Positions 37,113 through 50,215 of a DNA stretch of 64,000 bases are shown in pieces. Positions within the stretch are counted from its first letter, which is position 1. Every line of letters starts with the position of its first letter. Below the pieces are notes generated by a model. The model saw only the letters and a list, made by a program, of their open reading frames with translations. It was not told the origin of the DNA and did no database searches. The translations under genes were made by a program, and so were the position numbers. The stretch comes from Octopus sinensis (Eukaryota), in NCBI RefSeq assembly GCF_006345805.1, contig NC_043015.1, positions 41,602,001-41,666,000 on the forward strand, in the 5' to 3' direction.

Positions 37113-37330
37113 AATAATAATATAATAATAATAATAATAATAATAACAATAAAAATAAAAATAATAATAATAATGAAAATAATGATAATAATAATAATAA
37201 AAATAATAATAATAAAAATAATGAAAATAATGATAATAATAATAATAAAAATAATGAAAATAATGATAATAATAATAATAAAAATAATGAAAATAATGAT
37301 AATAATAACAATAAAAATAAAAATAAAAAT
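36620..37330. repeat. (AAT)n-derived array with higher-order repeat units
   Basis: Recurrent blocks such as aacaataaaaataaaaataat and atgaaaataatgataat. Confidence 0.95.
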
Positions 37331-37332
37331 AA

Positions 37333-37730
37333 ACTATGCTGAATCATAGATATAGCAAAGAAATAAAATGAAAGAAAGCCAAGTATGCTGGATCATGCCC
37401 AGCTGACAACAAGGTATGCGATAAGGAAGAAAGAAGAGTCGAGAGATATGAGAGGTTAGCTTGGGAAGTGAAGCAGTTGTGGTCGATGAAAAAGATAGCA
37501 GTAGTACCAATAATTGTCGGAGCCCTGGGAACAGTGAGTAAAAATTTCGAGAAGTATGTGGAACAAATAGGGGCTGCAATAAGGGTGGAGCACTTGCAGA
37601 AAACAGCACTGCTTGGAACCGCTCGAATACTCTGGAAGGTGCTCGAAAAATATGGGGTGTTACCTTAGTTCACTGGTAGTGAACAGCTGACACCATAGTA
37701 CATCTACAGCATTAGAAGTTGTGCAAAGCC
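37333..37730 (+). mobile_element. R4/Dong-type non-LTR element, 3' fragment (restriction-like endonuclease end)
   Basis: PADNKV..KEERRVERYERLAWEVKQLW...VVPIIVGALGTV...LQKTALLGTARILWKVLE; flanked by AAT-rich arrays. Confidence 0.85.
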
Positions 37731-38204
37731 AACAACAACAACAACAATAATAATAATAAATTCTTAGAAAGTCGCAGAAGCAGAAACTGGGAGGTAGGAA
37801 GGGCACAGAGAAGAAAAGTCTGTTATTTTGGCGCTAGTATATGTCTGATATTTTTTTATCTGATTATAACCCTAGATGGCAAAGTTGACCTTGGCAGAAT
37901 TTGAACTGTCTGGTGTTCTTAACGATTCTGCCAGTTTGCCCCTTTAAAATGTTTGGAAATATTAGCCATACTCTAACTTCAGCAGCAAATATTCCAAAAA
38001 AAAAAAGTTTGTAATGCATTAAGGGATTTAATATGAGTTTATGGGAAATCCAGTCACAAATAGGACTTGCAGTAATATGCTGTGTGTAAAAACGTGAGCC
38101 CTATTATACCAGCAAATACAGAATATTTTTGCTGGACACAGTAATTATGTTCATTCTAAGCTGATTCACACACACACACACACACATATAACTAGAAATA
38201 GGAG

Positions 38205-38239
<35 letters not shown>

Positions 38240-38323
38240 AGAGTTTACAAAAAAACAAAAGACGAAGACAGGTGGTGTACAAAACAAACAGATGTATTAG
38301 TATAACGCTCAGGAACAGAAAAA

Positions 38324-38365
38324 GTATTTTACGTTTCAAGCCTACGCTCTTCTTCAGAAAGGTAC
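38324..38365 (-). ncRNA. Minimal type I hammerhead motif in a 205-bp tandem dimer
   Basis: Minus strand: gta(cc)ttt-CTGAAGA-a-gagc-gtag-gctt-GAAAC-GTA-aaatac. The second copy near 38530-38570 has CTGTAGA. Confidence 0.65.
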
Positions 38366-39568
38366 ACAGAAAAAACAAGGAGAGAAAAAAATGTGTGTAG
38401 TGGCTAACGATCTATCATGGCGTCATATATATATATATATATGGAGAGTTTACAAAAAAAACAAAAGACGAAGACAGGTGGTGTACAAAACAAACAGATG
38501 TATTAGTATAACGCTCAGGAACAGAAAAAGTATTTTACGTTTCAAGCCTACGCTCTTCTACAGAAAGGTACACAGAAAAAACAAGGAGAGAAACAAGGAG
38601 AGAAAAAAATGTGTGTAGTGGCTAACGATCTATCATGGCAACTGTATATAATAATAAAGGGTAAAATTAATTAATTCATTAATAATTTTGATAATTTTAC
38701 CAAGTAGTTTGGTATGTTAAAAGAACCATAATCAGTAAACTTAATCAAAAATGTTTATAATTATGAATATAATTAAAATTAAAATTTTTGTTTATATATA
38801 TATATATATTGTGGCGTTAGGAAGGGCATCCAGCCGTAGAAATATTGCCAGATCAGACTGGGCCTGGTGCAGCCTTCTGGCTTCCCAGACCCCAGTTGAA
38901 CCGTCCAACCCATGCTAGCATGGAAAGCGGACGCTAAACGATGATGATGATATATCCCATGCTAGCATGGAAAACGGACGATATTTATTTATAAAACTGA
39001 AAGGGAAGATCTGAAGAAGATTTGGCTGTTATTTCTAGCAGATCAAGTGACCATCAAATATAGGCACCCTCAATAGCTAAAGTATGTTGCCAGTTAAAAA
39101 CTATACAAAAACTGCCCCGTACCTTCCTAAGGACATGGGACACCTCAGTTTCAACACAACTAATTGGCACTCCATTGGTTGCGACAACGAGGGTTCCATT
39201 TGATCTGATTAATAGAGCAGCTTGCTTGTGAAATTAACGTGCAAGTGGCTGAGTATTCCACAGATATGTGTACCCTTAATGTAGTTCTCAGAGAGATTCA
39301 GTATGACACAGAGTGTGACAAGACTGGCCCCTTTGAAATACAAGTTACTACTCACTTTTGCAAGGTGAGGAAACTGGAGCAATGTGAAATAAAGTGTTTT
39401 GCTCAAGGACACACTGCATTACTGGGAATTGAACTCACATCAATAGCGTCATGAGCCAAGTATTATAACCACTAAGCCATGTGACTTCACACAACTAATA
39501 AGATCTTCACTGACCAATTCTTCAAAGTCTCAACAACTTCTTGCAATGAGGTATAAGTGTTTCCTTAC

Positions 39569-39788
39569 CATAGATAAATGGTGTGTTACGAAGTCTGGCA
39601 CCTCTTAGAAGTAGGTTCTGTGTCCCCAAAGGGATCTCAGTTTCTTCGTTTTCATTTTCTTTGAGGCTGAGGTACCCAACAAAGTTGTACAATTCCACCA
39701 GAGGTTGTTTGCAGGTAATGGTTGCATTCAAGTCTTTCAGTTGTTCCACAGATTGGTAGCTTTTGGTTTCAGTAGCAGAGGTGAAAGT
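39569..39788 (-). CDS. ATP11: ATP11 exon (TFTSATE...NLLLRGARLRNTPFIYG)
   Basis: ccacag|ACT and ATG|gtaagg, 220 nt, phase 0-1; LLLRGARLRNT motif. Confidence 0.96.
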
Positions 39789-39949
39789 CTGTGGAAGAGA
39801 GAAAGAGGAATTACTTAGAATGGCTTGCAGGACGGCCTGCTGTGCTAACCTTGGATCGTAGAGTGACCCGCTGTTCTTGGGGAGACCTATTGAGTCAAGT
39901 ACGTCAACACCAACATCAAAATAAAAATCAAATGGAAATTGTAGTTAAA

Positions 39950-40272
39950 TTACCCATGCCAGTGACATGTAAAAAGCACCATCCGAACGTGGCAGATGCC
40001 AGCACCACCTGACTGGGTTCTGTGTGACACATAAAAAGCACCAACCGATCGTGGCCGTTTGCCAGCCTCCTCTGGCCCCTGTGCCGGTGGTACGTAAAAA
40101 ACACTCACTACATTCACGGAGTGGTTGGCATTAGGAAAGGCATCCAGCTGTAGAAACACTGCCAGATCAGACTGGAGCCTGGTGTAGCCTCCTGGCTTCC
40201 CAGACCCTGGTCGAACCGTCCAACCCATGCTAGCATGGAAAACAGACATTAGACGATGATGATGATGATGAT
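39950..40272 (+). mobile_element. Repeat family C (RTE-type 3' tail ending in (GAT)n), representative copy
   Basis: gagtggttggcattaggaagggcatccagc...aacccatgctagcatggaaa...gatgatgat. Other copies near 10135(-), 11700, 27481(-), 29600, 30155(-), 32165, 33290, 38815, 49650(-), 50300. Confidence 0.75.
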
Positions 40273-41199
40273 AAAAGCCGAACAAACTAGGATTTGAGAT
40301 TCCTGATTCCCTGTCTGCATCATTATGCATTTTCTCTCACCCCAACATCTTACCCCTATTCTTCATCTGTCTGCTCTTCTATGCTACTCTTGCTCTCCAC
40401 TACCCCTTCTTTATTATGCACTGCCACCTATCACCTCCCCTTCCAACTTAGATTTTCCTTACATTATCCCAAACTGAAATTCACTATTGACCATACTTCC
40501 ACCCACCAGAGGAGTTAAATCCTGTAAAAATGGTCCATTCCAAGGCCACCATGGAAGAAGGACATTAAATGTCAATGACATTGATGGTGATGATGATGTC
40601 ATGGATGTATTACATGCTGACCTTTGTGTCCTTGTGCAATGCCCTTCATTTTATATTGCTCCAGCCCAGTCCAGTCCAGTCAGCTAACTAACAATTACTA
40701 CCAACCTAGTATTAGTGTAGCTGTCTTCAGTGTTCTGCCGGGTGAAGAAATTGGAGACTCAAAGAAATGCCTATGTCTACCCACGGCTACATAAAAATCC
40801 TAAAACAATTAACACCCATCTGTGACCAAGTCACACACACTCGCAAGTGACGGCTATGGGTTAAAAAAAACGCCCTTTTGCTTTTATAACTATCTCCTTT
40901 ATATTATAATGCCTAGTGTTTCCATTATTGTCCAAGATTTAATTCTAAAACAGAAAAAGTTTTTAACAAGCTCCAAAAAGTAACAAGTATCATGTTTCAT
41001 TTCAATGTTATCTCTGGCTGAATTAGCCTTTTAAATTAATTTTAATGCTGGATTTAATTAGCATACTAATTTAGTTTTTATCACCGGCAGAATAATTCCA
41101 AATAAAATAAACTTCACTTGCTGTGACCCATACTAATTGCTATTTTTGTTTCAAAGACTGCTTTATTGCCAGACATGTCACAGCCAATATAACAGACGT

Positions 41200-41300
41200 T
41201 ACTTTGGGGGGTTATTTTTGTTTTGGTTTTATTGATGTTTAGACCCAATTTTTCAGGTGCTGTTTCGAAACTTTTCTGTTGCCATGGAGCTGAAAATTGC
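41200..41300 (-). mobile_element. Possible degenerate RTE-type RT fragment
   Basis: EKLGLNINKTKTKI resembles the GL.IN..KTK.M RT motif; short. Confidence 0.4.
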
Positions 41301-41554
41301 TGCATCACAAACTAGCAGAGTTGTTAAATGACTGGACAGAATGTCATGTGGTTTATGTCATGATTCCCTATGATCTGAGTTCAAATCCTGCTTAAGCTAA
41401 CTCTGCTTTTTATCCTTTCAGGATCGATACATAAGTACTAGAGCAGGATGGTGGATTGGACAGAATGTCTTGTGTTATATGTCCTGACTCTCTATGATCT
41501 GAGTTCAAATCCTGCTTAAACTAACTCTGCTTTTTACTTTTTCTGTTTGTTGTT

Positions 41555-41600
41555 AACCCAATGTTTCAGCTGATATACCCTCCAGCCTTCATCAGGTGTC
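41555..41600 (-). ncRNA. Minimal type I hammerhead motif downstream of a tRNA-like head
   Basis: Minus strand: gacac-CTGATGA-a-ggc..gct-GAAAC-ATT-gggtt. Confidence 0.6.
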
Positions 41601-41647
41601 TTGGGGAAATTTCAAACCTGGGTTCTCATTCCCAAGGTATTTTTCAA

Positions 41648-41681
<34 letters not shown>

Positions 41682-42261
41682 TGGGTCACTACTTGGAATC
41701 GAACTTGGATCCTGGGGTCAGTAGCCCGCGCTCTTAACCATTATGCCATATGCCCATGGGCATATCCGTCAAATGTAAATAATGTAAATAATGTACCTAA
41801 TTCCTCATCTCTTAAATATAGAACTGATACAAGAAGTTTTACAGCAAGAAACCTTTTCAATAGTTATCTTCTTATAAAGAAATTCTTCCCCTCCTAATCC
41901 ATAACAGTTATAAAGACAAGCTCTAAGAGTGTCATCATGATGACATCTCAGATTCTTTACTCATGTCAGAAGAAGAATATAAACACAGATGTTGGTGATG
42001 CCACAATAGGAACTCTGCTAAATGAAACCAAAGGCTAATTGGCAGTATTAAACTTGACAAAGAACTAAGTTCGCCACCCCTCATTAATTTTGGCTAAACA
42101 TCTTCCAAACCCCTTCACACCAAAAGCATCCACATTTCGATCACATCTTCTCAGTAGTTGTGGTATCCATGCCTTTACCCAAGGGCCCTTTTTGTGTGTA
42201 AAGTTAAATAGAAATAAACTCAGGAATTGAAACTTGGATGCCAAATTAATTCATATCTTCA

Positions 42262-42520
42262 TTGCCGCTGCCACCACAACCACCTCTGCCACCACAACCA
42301 CTGCCTCTGCCGCCTCCACTGCCTCTGCTACCCCCCGCCTCTGCTGCCCCCACTGCCTCTTCCACCCCCACCGCCTCTGCTGCCCCCACTGCCTCTTCCA
42401 CCCCCACCGCCTCTGCTGCCACCACCACCTCTGCCGTCCCCACCCCCTCTGCCACCACCACCTCTGCCGCCACCACTACCTCTGCCGCCCCCACCACCTC
42501 TGCCACCACCACCACCATCA
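42262..42520. repeat. C-rich minisatellite built from ccac..cctct, including 36-bp units
   Basis: ccgcctctgctgcccccactgcctcttccaccccca occurs twice in tandem. Confidence 0.9.
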
Positions 42521-42699
42521 TAGTTCCAACATCCACTTTTTCATGCTTGCATGGGCTGGATGTAATTTGTTGAGGTGGATTTTTTCTATGGCCGGATGCC
42601 CTTCCTGTCACCAACCCTCACTGTTTCAGAGCAAGGCAATAGTTTCCTATTTAGAAATGCAATATTTCTAATTTCAAAGAAAATTGTTTTCGGTCTTAC

Positions 42700-42828
42700 C
42701 TTCAGGTTTGTTTCCCCGTCGAGGTTGGCAGTGGTGACGTAACAAGAACCTTCAGAGTTTTCTGATGAGATCATAACCATATCACAGGGGAAACCTTTGT
42801 TGATGCTTACTCGAACAATGTCTCCAAC
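42700..42828 (-). CDS. ATP11: ATP11 exon, A domain (VGDIV...[12 protein letters not shown])
   Basis: ctcag|GTT and AAG|gtaag, 129 nt; P4-specific DGET motif. Confidence 0.97.
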
Positions 42829-43932
42829 CTGAGGGCAAACAAACAAAAGAGTAGAGGAAAAGGTTTGGGTATTGCAAGGAACAAAAGGGACAAAATGATT
42901 CTACAACCGTGATTCTGCTGCCCTAACTACTGGGCCATTGCGTCTACACATATATATACATATATAAAATCAAAATAAATAACAGGATATTAAGTAGTAA
43001 TGAAATATGGCCGTTTCAAGCAGCTCCATTTAATTGAACAAAGCAATCATTACATCAGTTTAAATGCAGTGCTATCTTCAGCTGCACAAAATATAGAAAT
43101 TTTTAACAAGTAGGACATATTAATATAATTTTTCTTAAATATTTTAACAGAGTAAGAGGACGGAAGAGATTCATATTGTCGCTATTGTAGCAAAGTGGCT
43201 AAGAATAGACTACAATTTCTTAGAATCACATAGAGCATAGTGGGGTCATAGGGTTGTAAGAGTTGTAATTCATTTCTCATTTATTTATTATCTTATCATC
43301 TATTAAATCCGAGACTAGAAGACTGTGTCTCTTTTGAATAAAGAACAAGAGGGAGTTGAGAGCTCATGGCTAGGTATGGTCATAAATATTTTCATAGGTA
43401 TCCCTTTTCCTCAAGAGAAAGGAAATAAGACATTAGGAAGAGTCAATTTGATAGAAGTAACTGTTTATAAAAAAAGAGGCAAGGTGGGGGTAGACTTTAA
43501 ATCAGGATGTTAATTACCAGTTAAAGGGCAAGACGCTAAAAAACTTAAGATGCTAATACAGGGAAAATTTCTTAGAGGTATAATGGGGGAACATTTATAA
43601 ACAATATTGTTATTTTGTATAAAAAATCTTTAAGAATTCCAAATGATATCATAACCAAAATAGCTAAAGGGTGTGTATGTATCAATTATAAACATTACAA
43701 AAGAAGTTTATGTAGAATCAGTTTATATCCATTCTTGTAATTAATTAATTAATTAATTAATTAATTATTAGGGGGTTTCTATAAAGACTGCTCAAAGCAC
43801 TTACATATGGAATAGATGGAAAGATATACATACTAGCTATTAATTTTAAGCCATGAATCAAAAGCAGGATATTGAGATAATGGTAATACATAGACATATT
43901 TAAACAAAAGACAGATGCACATATATGGAAGT

Positions 43933-43989
<57 letters not shown>

Positions 43990-44231
43990 ATGTATGATAG
44001 GCTTCTGCACAGTTTCCCTCTCCCTAATTCTCTCTTGAGACATTGGTTGGCCTGGGATATAGTAAAAGCCATTCATCTAAAGTACAACGCAGTGAGATTG
44101 AAACCAAAACTACATAGTCACAAGGTGTGTTTCTCAAATACACATTGACGCCTGTGCCTGATAGAAAATAAATAAAGCAAAAAACAAAACAAAAACAACT
44201 AAAAACATAAAACAAAAGTGCAAGCATCCAC

Positions 44232-44339
44232 CTTGATGTCCTTTGCTTTGATTTTCTCCAATTCTCCATTACTCAGGACATCTACCAACTGATTGTTGAC
44301 TTCATTATCAGCTTTGTGCCTTAACCAATCCTCGTAACC
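44232..44339 (-). CDS. ATP11: ATP11-type P4-ATPase, most 5' exon found (GYEDWLRHKADNEVNN...KDIK)
   Basis: ttccag|GGT acceptor, AAG|gtggat donor, 108 nt, phase 0-0. GYEDWLRH is the ATP11 motif after TM2. Confidence 0.95.
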
Positions 44340-44683
44340 CTGGAAACAGAAGAGACAATAAAGGATGAATGAGCAAAAGAAAGCATCACAAGGCAGTGGA
44401 GTCACTACAATCCTGTCCTGTATTGCCAAAGACTATTCAACCCCTTCAGTGATGGTGCAACAAGAGAATGCACTCAATACGCCCTGTTTAATTGTTGGTG
44501 ACAGGAAGGGCATCCTGCTTGTGAAATTAAGTAAAATGACATATAGATTGGGCAAGAGTCAATGAGAGGATTACATTGGGCTCTGATATCTGTTTTCACA
44601 TTGTTTCTACAGCTGGCAGTCCCTTCCGAATGACAACCACTTTTTAGAATGGACTAGGTGCTTTTTATGTGACACCAGTAATG

Positions 44684-44723
<40 letters not shown>

Positions 44724-45165
44724 AAAAAGGGTGGAATATAATTAATTTAATAAAATTAATAAATTTCACCTAGTAGATTTATCGGTATGGAAAAGACCAT
44801 ATTTGGTAAGGGTTATAATAATTATAATTAAGGGTTAATTGCAACAAGTTGCTCAAAACCACATACCGAAAATATTAGAAATAGCAGTCAAATTGATCGC
44901 TATTTCCTCTACTAATAAAAAGTCTCCACAAACAAATAGAATTTGTAACCTGTATATGGCAAAAAAGGAAGAAAATAACGAAATATATATATAATATTAA
45001 ATTAGAGATAAAACCACTATTAGGCAAATCAAATAGTGAAAATCATAAACCAATACATAGAAATAAAATTAATTAATAAAAAATATATTAAATATAAAAT
45101 TCAAAATTTAAAATATTTAAATTAAAGTTAAAATTTTTAAAATTATTTAAATTAATAATTTATAC

Positions 45166-45222
<57 letters not shown>

Positions 45223-45294
45223 TATTTATTTATTATTTTTTTTTTAAATATAAATATCAAAAAGTATTAAAAGTTTAATATAGATAAAGAGTAT

Positions 45295-45347
<53 letters not shown>

Positions 45348-45459
45348 GAAGAAGAAGAAGAAGAAGAAGAAGAAGAAGAAGAATTAATGAGACCTCGATA
45401 TTATGTAAATAGAGGAATTTATCTATAAATATAATATGTGACAATTAGTTGGTTGTCAT

Positions 45460-45519
45460 AATAAAACTAAGAGTTTTAGATGTGGGGCTGAAGTCTGCTC
45501 CGGCATCTCATCAGTTATT
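45460..45519 (-). ncRNA. Decayed hammerhead of a solo pLTR related to the 22-25 kb PLE
   Basis: Minus strand: aataa-CTGATGA-gatg..catc-t-AAAAC-tctta-GTT-ttatt, followed by sequence matching 22420-22460. Confidence 0.5.
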
Positions 45520-46369
45520 AAGACAAACAAAAACGCTATGAAAAAAACCCGTCGAATAAAGGGAAATTATTCGAATAGGTGTGGGGAAAGTAAAACATCG
45601 TTCATAGAATCTGCATATGCAAATTCCACCAAGGTTGACTATGCCTTTCATCCTTTTGGGGCTGATGAATTAAGTACCAGTTGAGTACTGAGGTTGATGT
45701 GATCGGCTGTCCTCCTCCCCACAAAATCCAGGCCTTGTGCCTATAGTAGAAAGAATTTCTGCTGAGGTCAACTTTGCCTTTCATCCTTTTGGGGTCGATA
45801 AATTAAGTACCAGTGAAACACTGGGATCGATGTAATTGACTGGTCCCCCTCCCCTAAAATTTTGGGCCTTGTGTAGAAAGGATTATCATTATTTGTTATA
45901 TTTCGGAATGGTCATTTCGCCAGTTTAGCCAATAAAAACACACGCACTATATATTTGGTGTTACTTTGCTTCAGTGTTATTTATTTTTTACATTAATCTT
46001 AATCTTATTTCGGCCAGAGTTCTTTCGTCACACTCCTGTGACCGCATCAGTGGTCCTTTGTTTTCTTCTTTCTTATTTGTGTCTCTCCTTACTAACCGTC
46101 AGCCATTTTGTATTTCTATTGTATGTCTTCATTTGCGCATGTTTGTATCTCTATGTGCGTCTATGTTTATTTAGTGTGTGTGTGGGGGGGATCCCTGTAA
46201 TATTTGTATCTTCTGTTTATATACGTTCATGTAATTTGTTTTTGTTGTTTTTGTTTAATAATAATAATAATAAAAAAAAAACTTATATAGTTATTTATTT
46301 CTATTTGTTTATTTATCTGTGTATTTATTATGTTTTCGGGATCGTCTACCGTCATATGTTGTGGTGTGT

Positions 46370-47380
<1,011 letters not shown>

Positions 47381-47709
47381 AAACAATGGTGCTAATTTTG
47401 GTGTCAGTTTATGAAAAGAGAGAAATGAAATTTATGAGGCACATGTTTCAGGCAAAGGAATTTCTCAAACAAATAGAAACAAATCAAAATTTATTACTGA
47501 GACTCGACCTTCGAAACTCTTTAACATTAAGAAGAATTCATGGAATGCTGTTCCTTCTTCCTTGTATAGTTTTGTGGACATTTAAAAAAAAATTTTTTTT
47601 TTTACTTTTGACATGTTCTAGTCATTGGACAGCAGCCATGCTGGGTCACCACCTTGAAATATTTAGTAAAACAAATTGATGCCGGTATCTATTTAAAAAA
47701 AAATTCTTT

Positions 47710-48100
47710 ACTACACAGAGGGGACAAACAAGGACAGACAAACGGATTAAGTCGATTACATTGTCTCCAGTGCGTAACTGGTACTTAATTTATCGACCCC
47801 GAAAGGATGAAAGGCAAAGTCGACCTTGGCGGAATTTGAACTCAGAACGTAGCGGCAGACAAAATACCTATTTCTTTACTACCCACAAGGGGCTAAACAC
47901 AGAGAGGACAAACAAGGACAGGCAAAGGGATTAAGTCAATTATATCGACCCCAGTGCATAACTGGTGCTTAATTTATCGACCCCGAAAGGATGAAAGGCA
48001 AAGTCGACCTCGGTGGAATTTGAACCCAGAACGTAACGGCAGACGAAATACAGCTACGCATTTCGCCCGGCGTGCTAATGTTTCTGCCAGCTCACCGCCT
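47710..48100 (-). mobile_element. SINE family B tandem dimer
   Basis: Two consecutive reverse copies. Confidence 0.8.
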
Positions 48101-48212
48101 TATTTATCTTTAAGACTGGTACTTCTCCTGTCTGTCTCTTTATAGGAACATAAATGAACCAACACCATTTGTTGAGGTGTGGATACACACATGCGTGCAC
48201 ACACAATCACAA

Positions 48213-48256
<44 letters not shown>

Positions 48257-48701
48257 TCATCATCATCATCATATGCACACATAATAATTATAATGATAAA
48301 GAATATTGAAACTTGTACATCCTCAAAATTTATTTCCTTTTTTATATTACAATATCATACAGCATATTTTTATGGTTATGATGAGCTACATATGTTTCTG
48401 CTGGAGAGAGCTTCCACAGTATCTGCCTGGATAATATATCCCTCTAAACTCACATATATATATATGCGTGTGTGTGAGTGTGTGTGTGTGTGTATATATA
48501 TATATACATATATTCTATAGTGTGAGTGAGTGTGTATATATATATATTCTATCAATATCTTTTGCCAAACTGCTAAGTTACGGGTATGTAAACACACCAA
48601 CACCGGTTGTCAAGCAGTGGTGGGGAGACAAACAGAGACATAAACACACACACAGATACATGTGTATATATATATATACATACATACATACATATATACA
48701 T

Positions 48702-48776
<75 letters not shown>

Positions 48777-48870
48777 ACATTATTTAAAGCAGCAGAAAAT
48801 TCAACAAAACCTGTACTCTGAGTTTTACGTTCCTGTTCGTCGGACAGTTTTTGCTAGATTCTAGCAAAAA

Positions 48871-48908
48871 CTGTCCGACGAATGGGAATGTGAAACTCAG
48901 AGTAACAG
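48871..48908 (+). ncRNA. Variant hammerhead motif, right arm of a palindrome
   Basis: ctgt-CCGACGA-atgggaatgt-GAAAC-tcaga-GTA-acag; a mirror copy lies on the minus strand at about 48811-48847. Confidence 0.55.
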
Positions 48909-49183
48909 GTTTTGTTGAATTTTCTGCTGCTTTTAAATAAAGCATATTACTCTACCACTGGTATTTGAGTACTCTTTTTTCCACCTTGTTTCACAGGCTT
49001 CTTTTAGTTTCCGTCTACCAAATCCACTCACAAGGCTTTGGTTGGCCCAAGGCTATAGTAGAAGACACTTGGCCAAGGTGCCACGCAGTGGGACTGAACC
49101 TGGATCCATGTGGTTGGGAGGCAAGCTTAACTTACAGCCATGCCTGATAAACGCTAAATATGCTAAAATGGAATGACATCATC

Positions 49184-49214
<31 letters not shown>

Positions 49215-49786
49215 GCATAGATAACTGCTTATATCTGCATAGGAACTAGGTTAAATGTCTGTCTTCACAGACACTCCTCTCCGGCAACAAAAACTAGAGT
49301 TGAGACACACCCACTTTCTTGAAATAAACAACAAATGAAGAACCCCCCCCCCAATAACTACAACAACAATAAAAAGAGTAGCATGAAATAAGGATGGCTG
49401 GGGCATAGTTCTTGTCCTTTTGGTGCGGCATAGTATTTGTGATCTTGGCACTCCTCGCTTCCGCTCAACCAAGAATGAAATTAATGCTTACATTAGAAAC
49501 ATTCTTACACTCATTCGTTCCAGTCACTGATTGAAGTTTTGTGAATAATAGGAATGGTAATTGTTAATTCCATAACCATAATGACAATAATAAATGTATG
49601 TAATATGTATATATACATACATATATATATATAATATATATATAATATACATCATCATCATCGTTAACGTCCACTTTCATGCTAGCATGGGTTGGACGAT
49701 TTTCACTGAGGGCTGGCGAACAGATGGCTGCACCAGCTCCAGTCTTGATCTGGCAGAGTTTCTACAGCTGATGCCCTTCCTAACGC

Positions 49787-49821
<35 letters not shown>

Positions 49822-49824
<3 letters not shown>

Positions 49825-49950
49825 CCAGGAGTGGCTGTGAGGTAAGTAGCTTGCTTACCAACCACATAGTTCCGGGTTCACTCCCACTGTGTGGCACTTG
49901 GGCATGTCTTCTACTATAGCCTCAGGCCGACCAACTGAAAGAACCCGTCG

Positions 49951-50014
<64 letters not shown>

Positions 50015-50215
50015 GGGTGTGTGTGTGTGTGTGTATGTTTGTGTGTCTGTGTTTGTTCCCCACCTCCCAACGTTGGTTGACAACTGATGCTGGTGTGTTT
50101 ACATCCCCATAACTTTGCGTTCGGCAAAGAGGACAACAGAATAAGTACTAGGCTTACAAAGAATAAGTCTTGGTTGATTTGTTTGACTATAGGTGGTGGC
50201 ACCAACATGGCCGAA
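49822..50215 (+). mobile_element. SINE family A copy
   Basis: Head at 49822 directly after a (TA)n run. Confidence 0.8.

Noticed and set aside
41684-41757. Possible tRNA gene
   Set aside because: A and B boxes are present, but acceptor and anticodon stems do not pair; treated as a SINE-type head. The same applies to the heads at 7826, 19082 and 63603.
42227-42671. Pro-rich and Ala/Thr-rich ORFs
   Set aside because: They derive from the C-rich minisatellite inside an ATP11 intron.
43300-43760. Possible decayed Penelope GIY-YIG region
   Set aside because: Only a faint resemblance (FKSG..PVK) with many stops; not supportable by eye.
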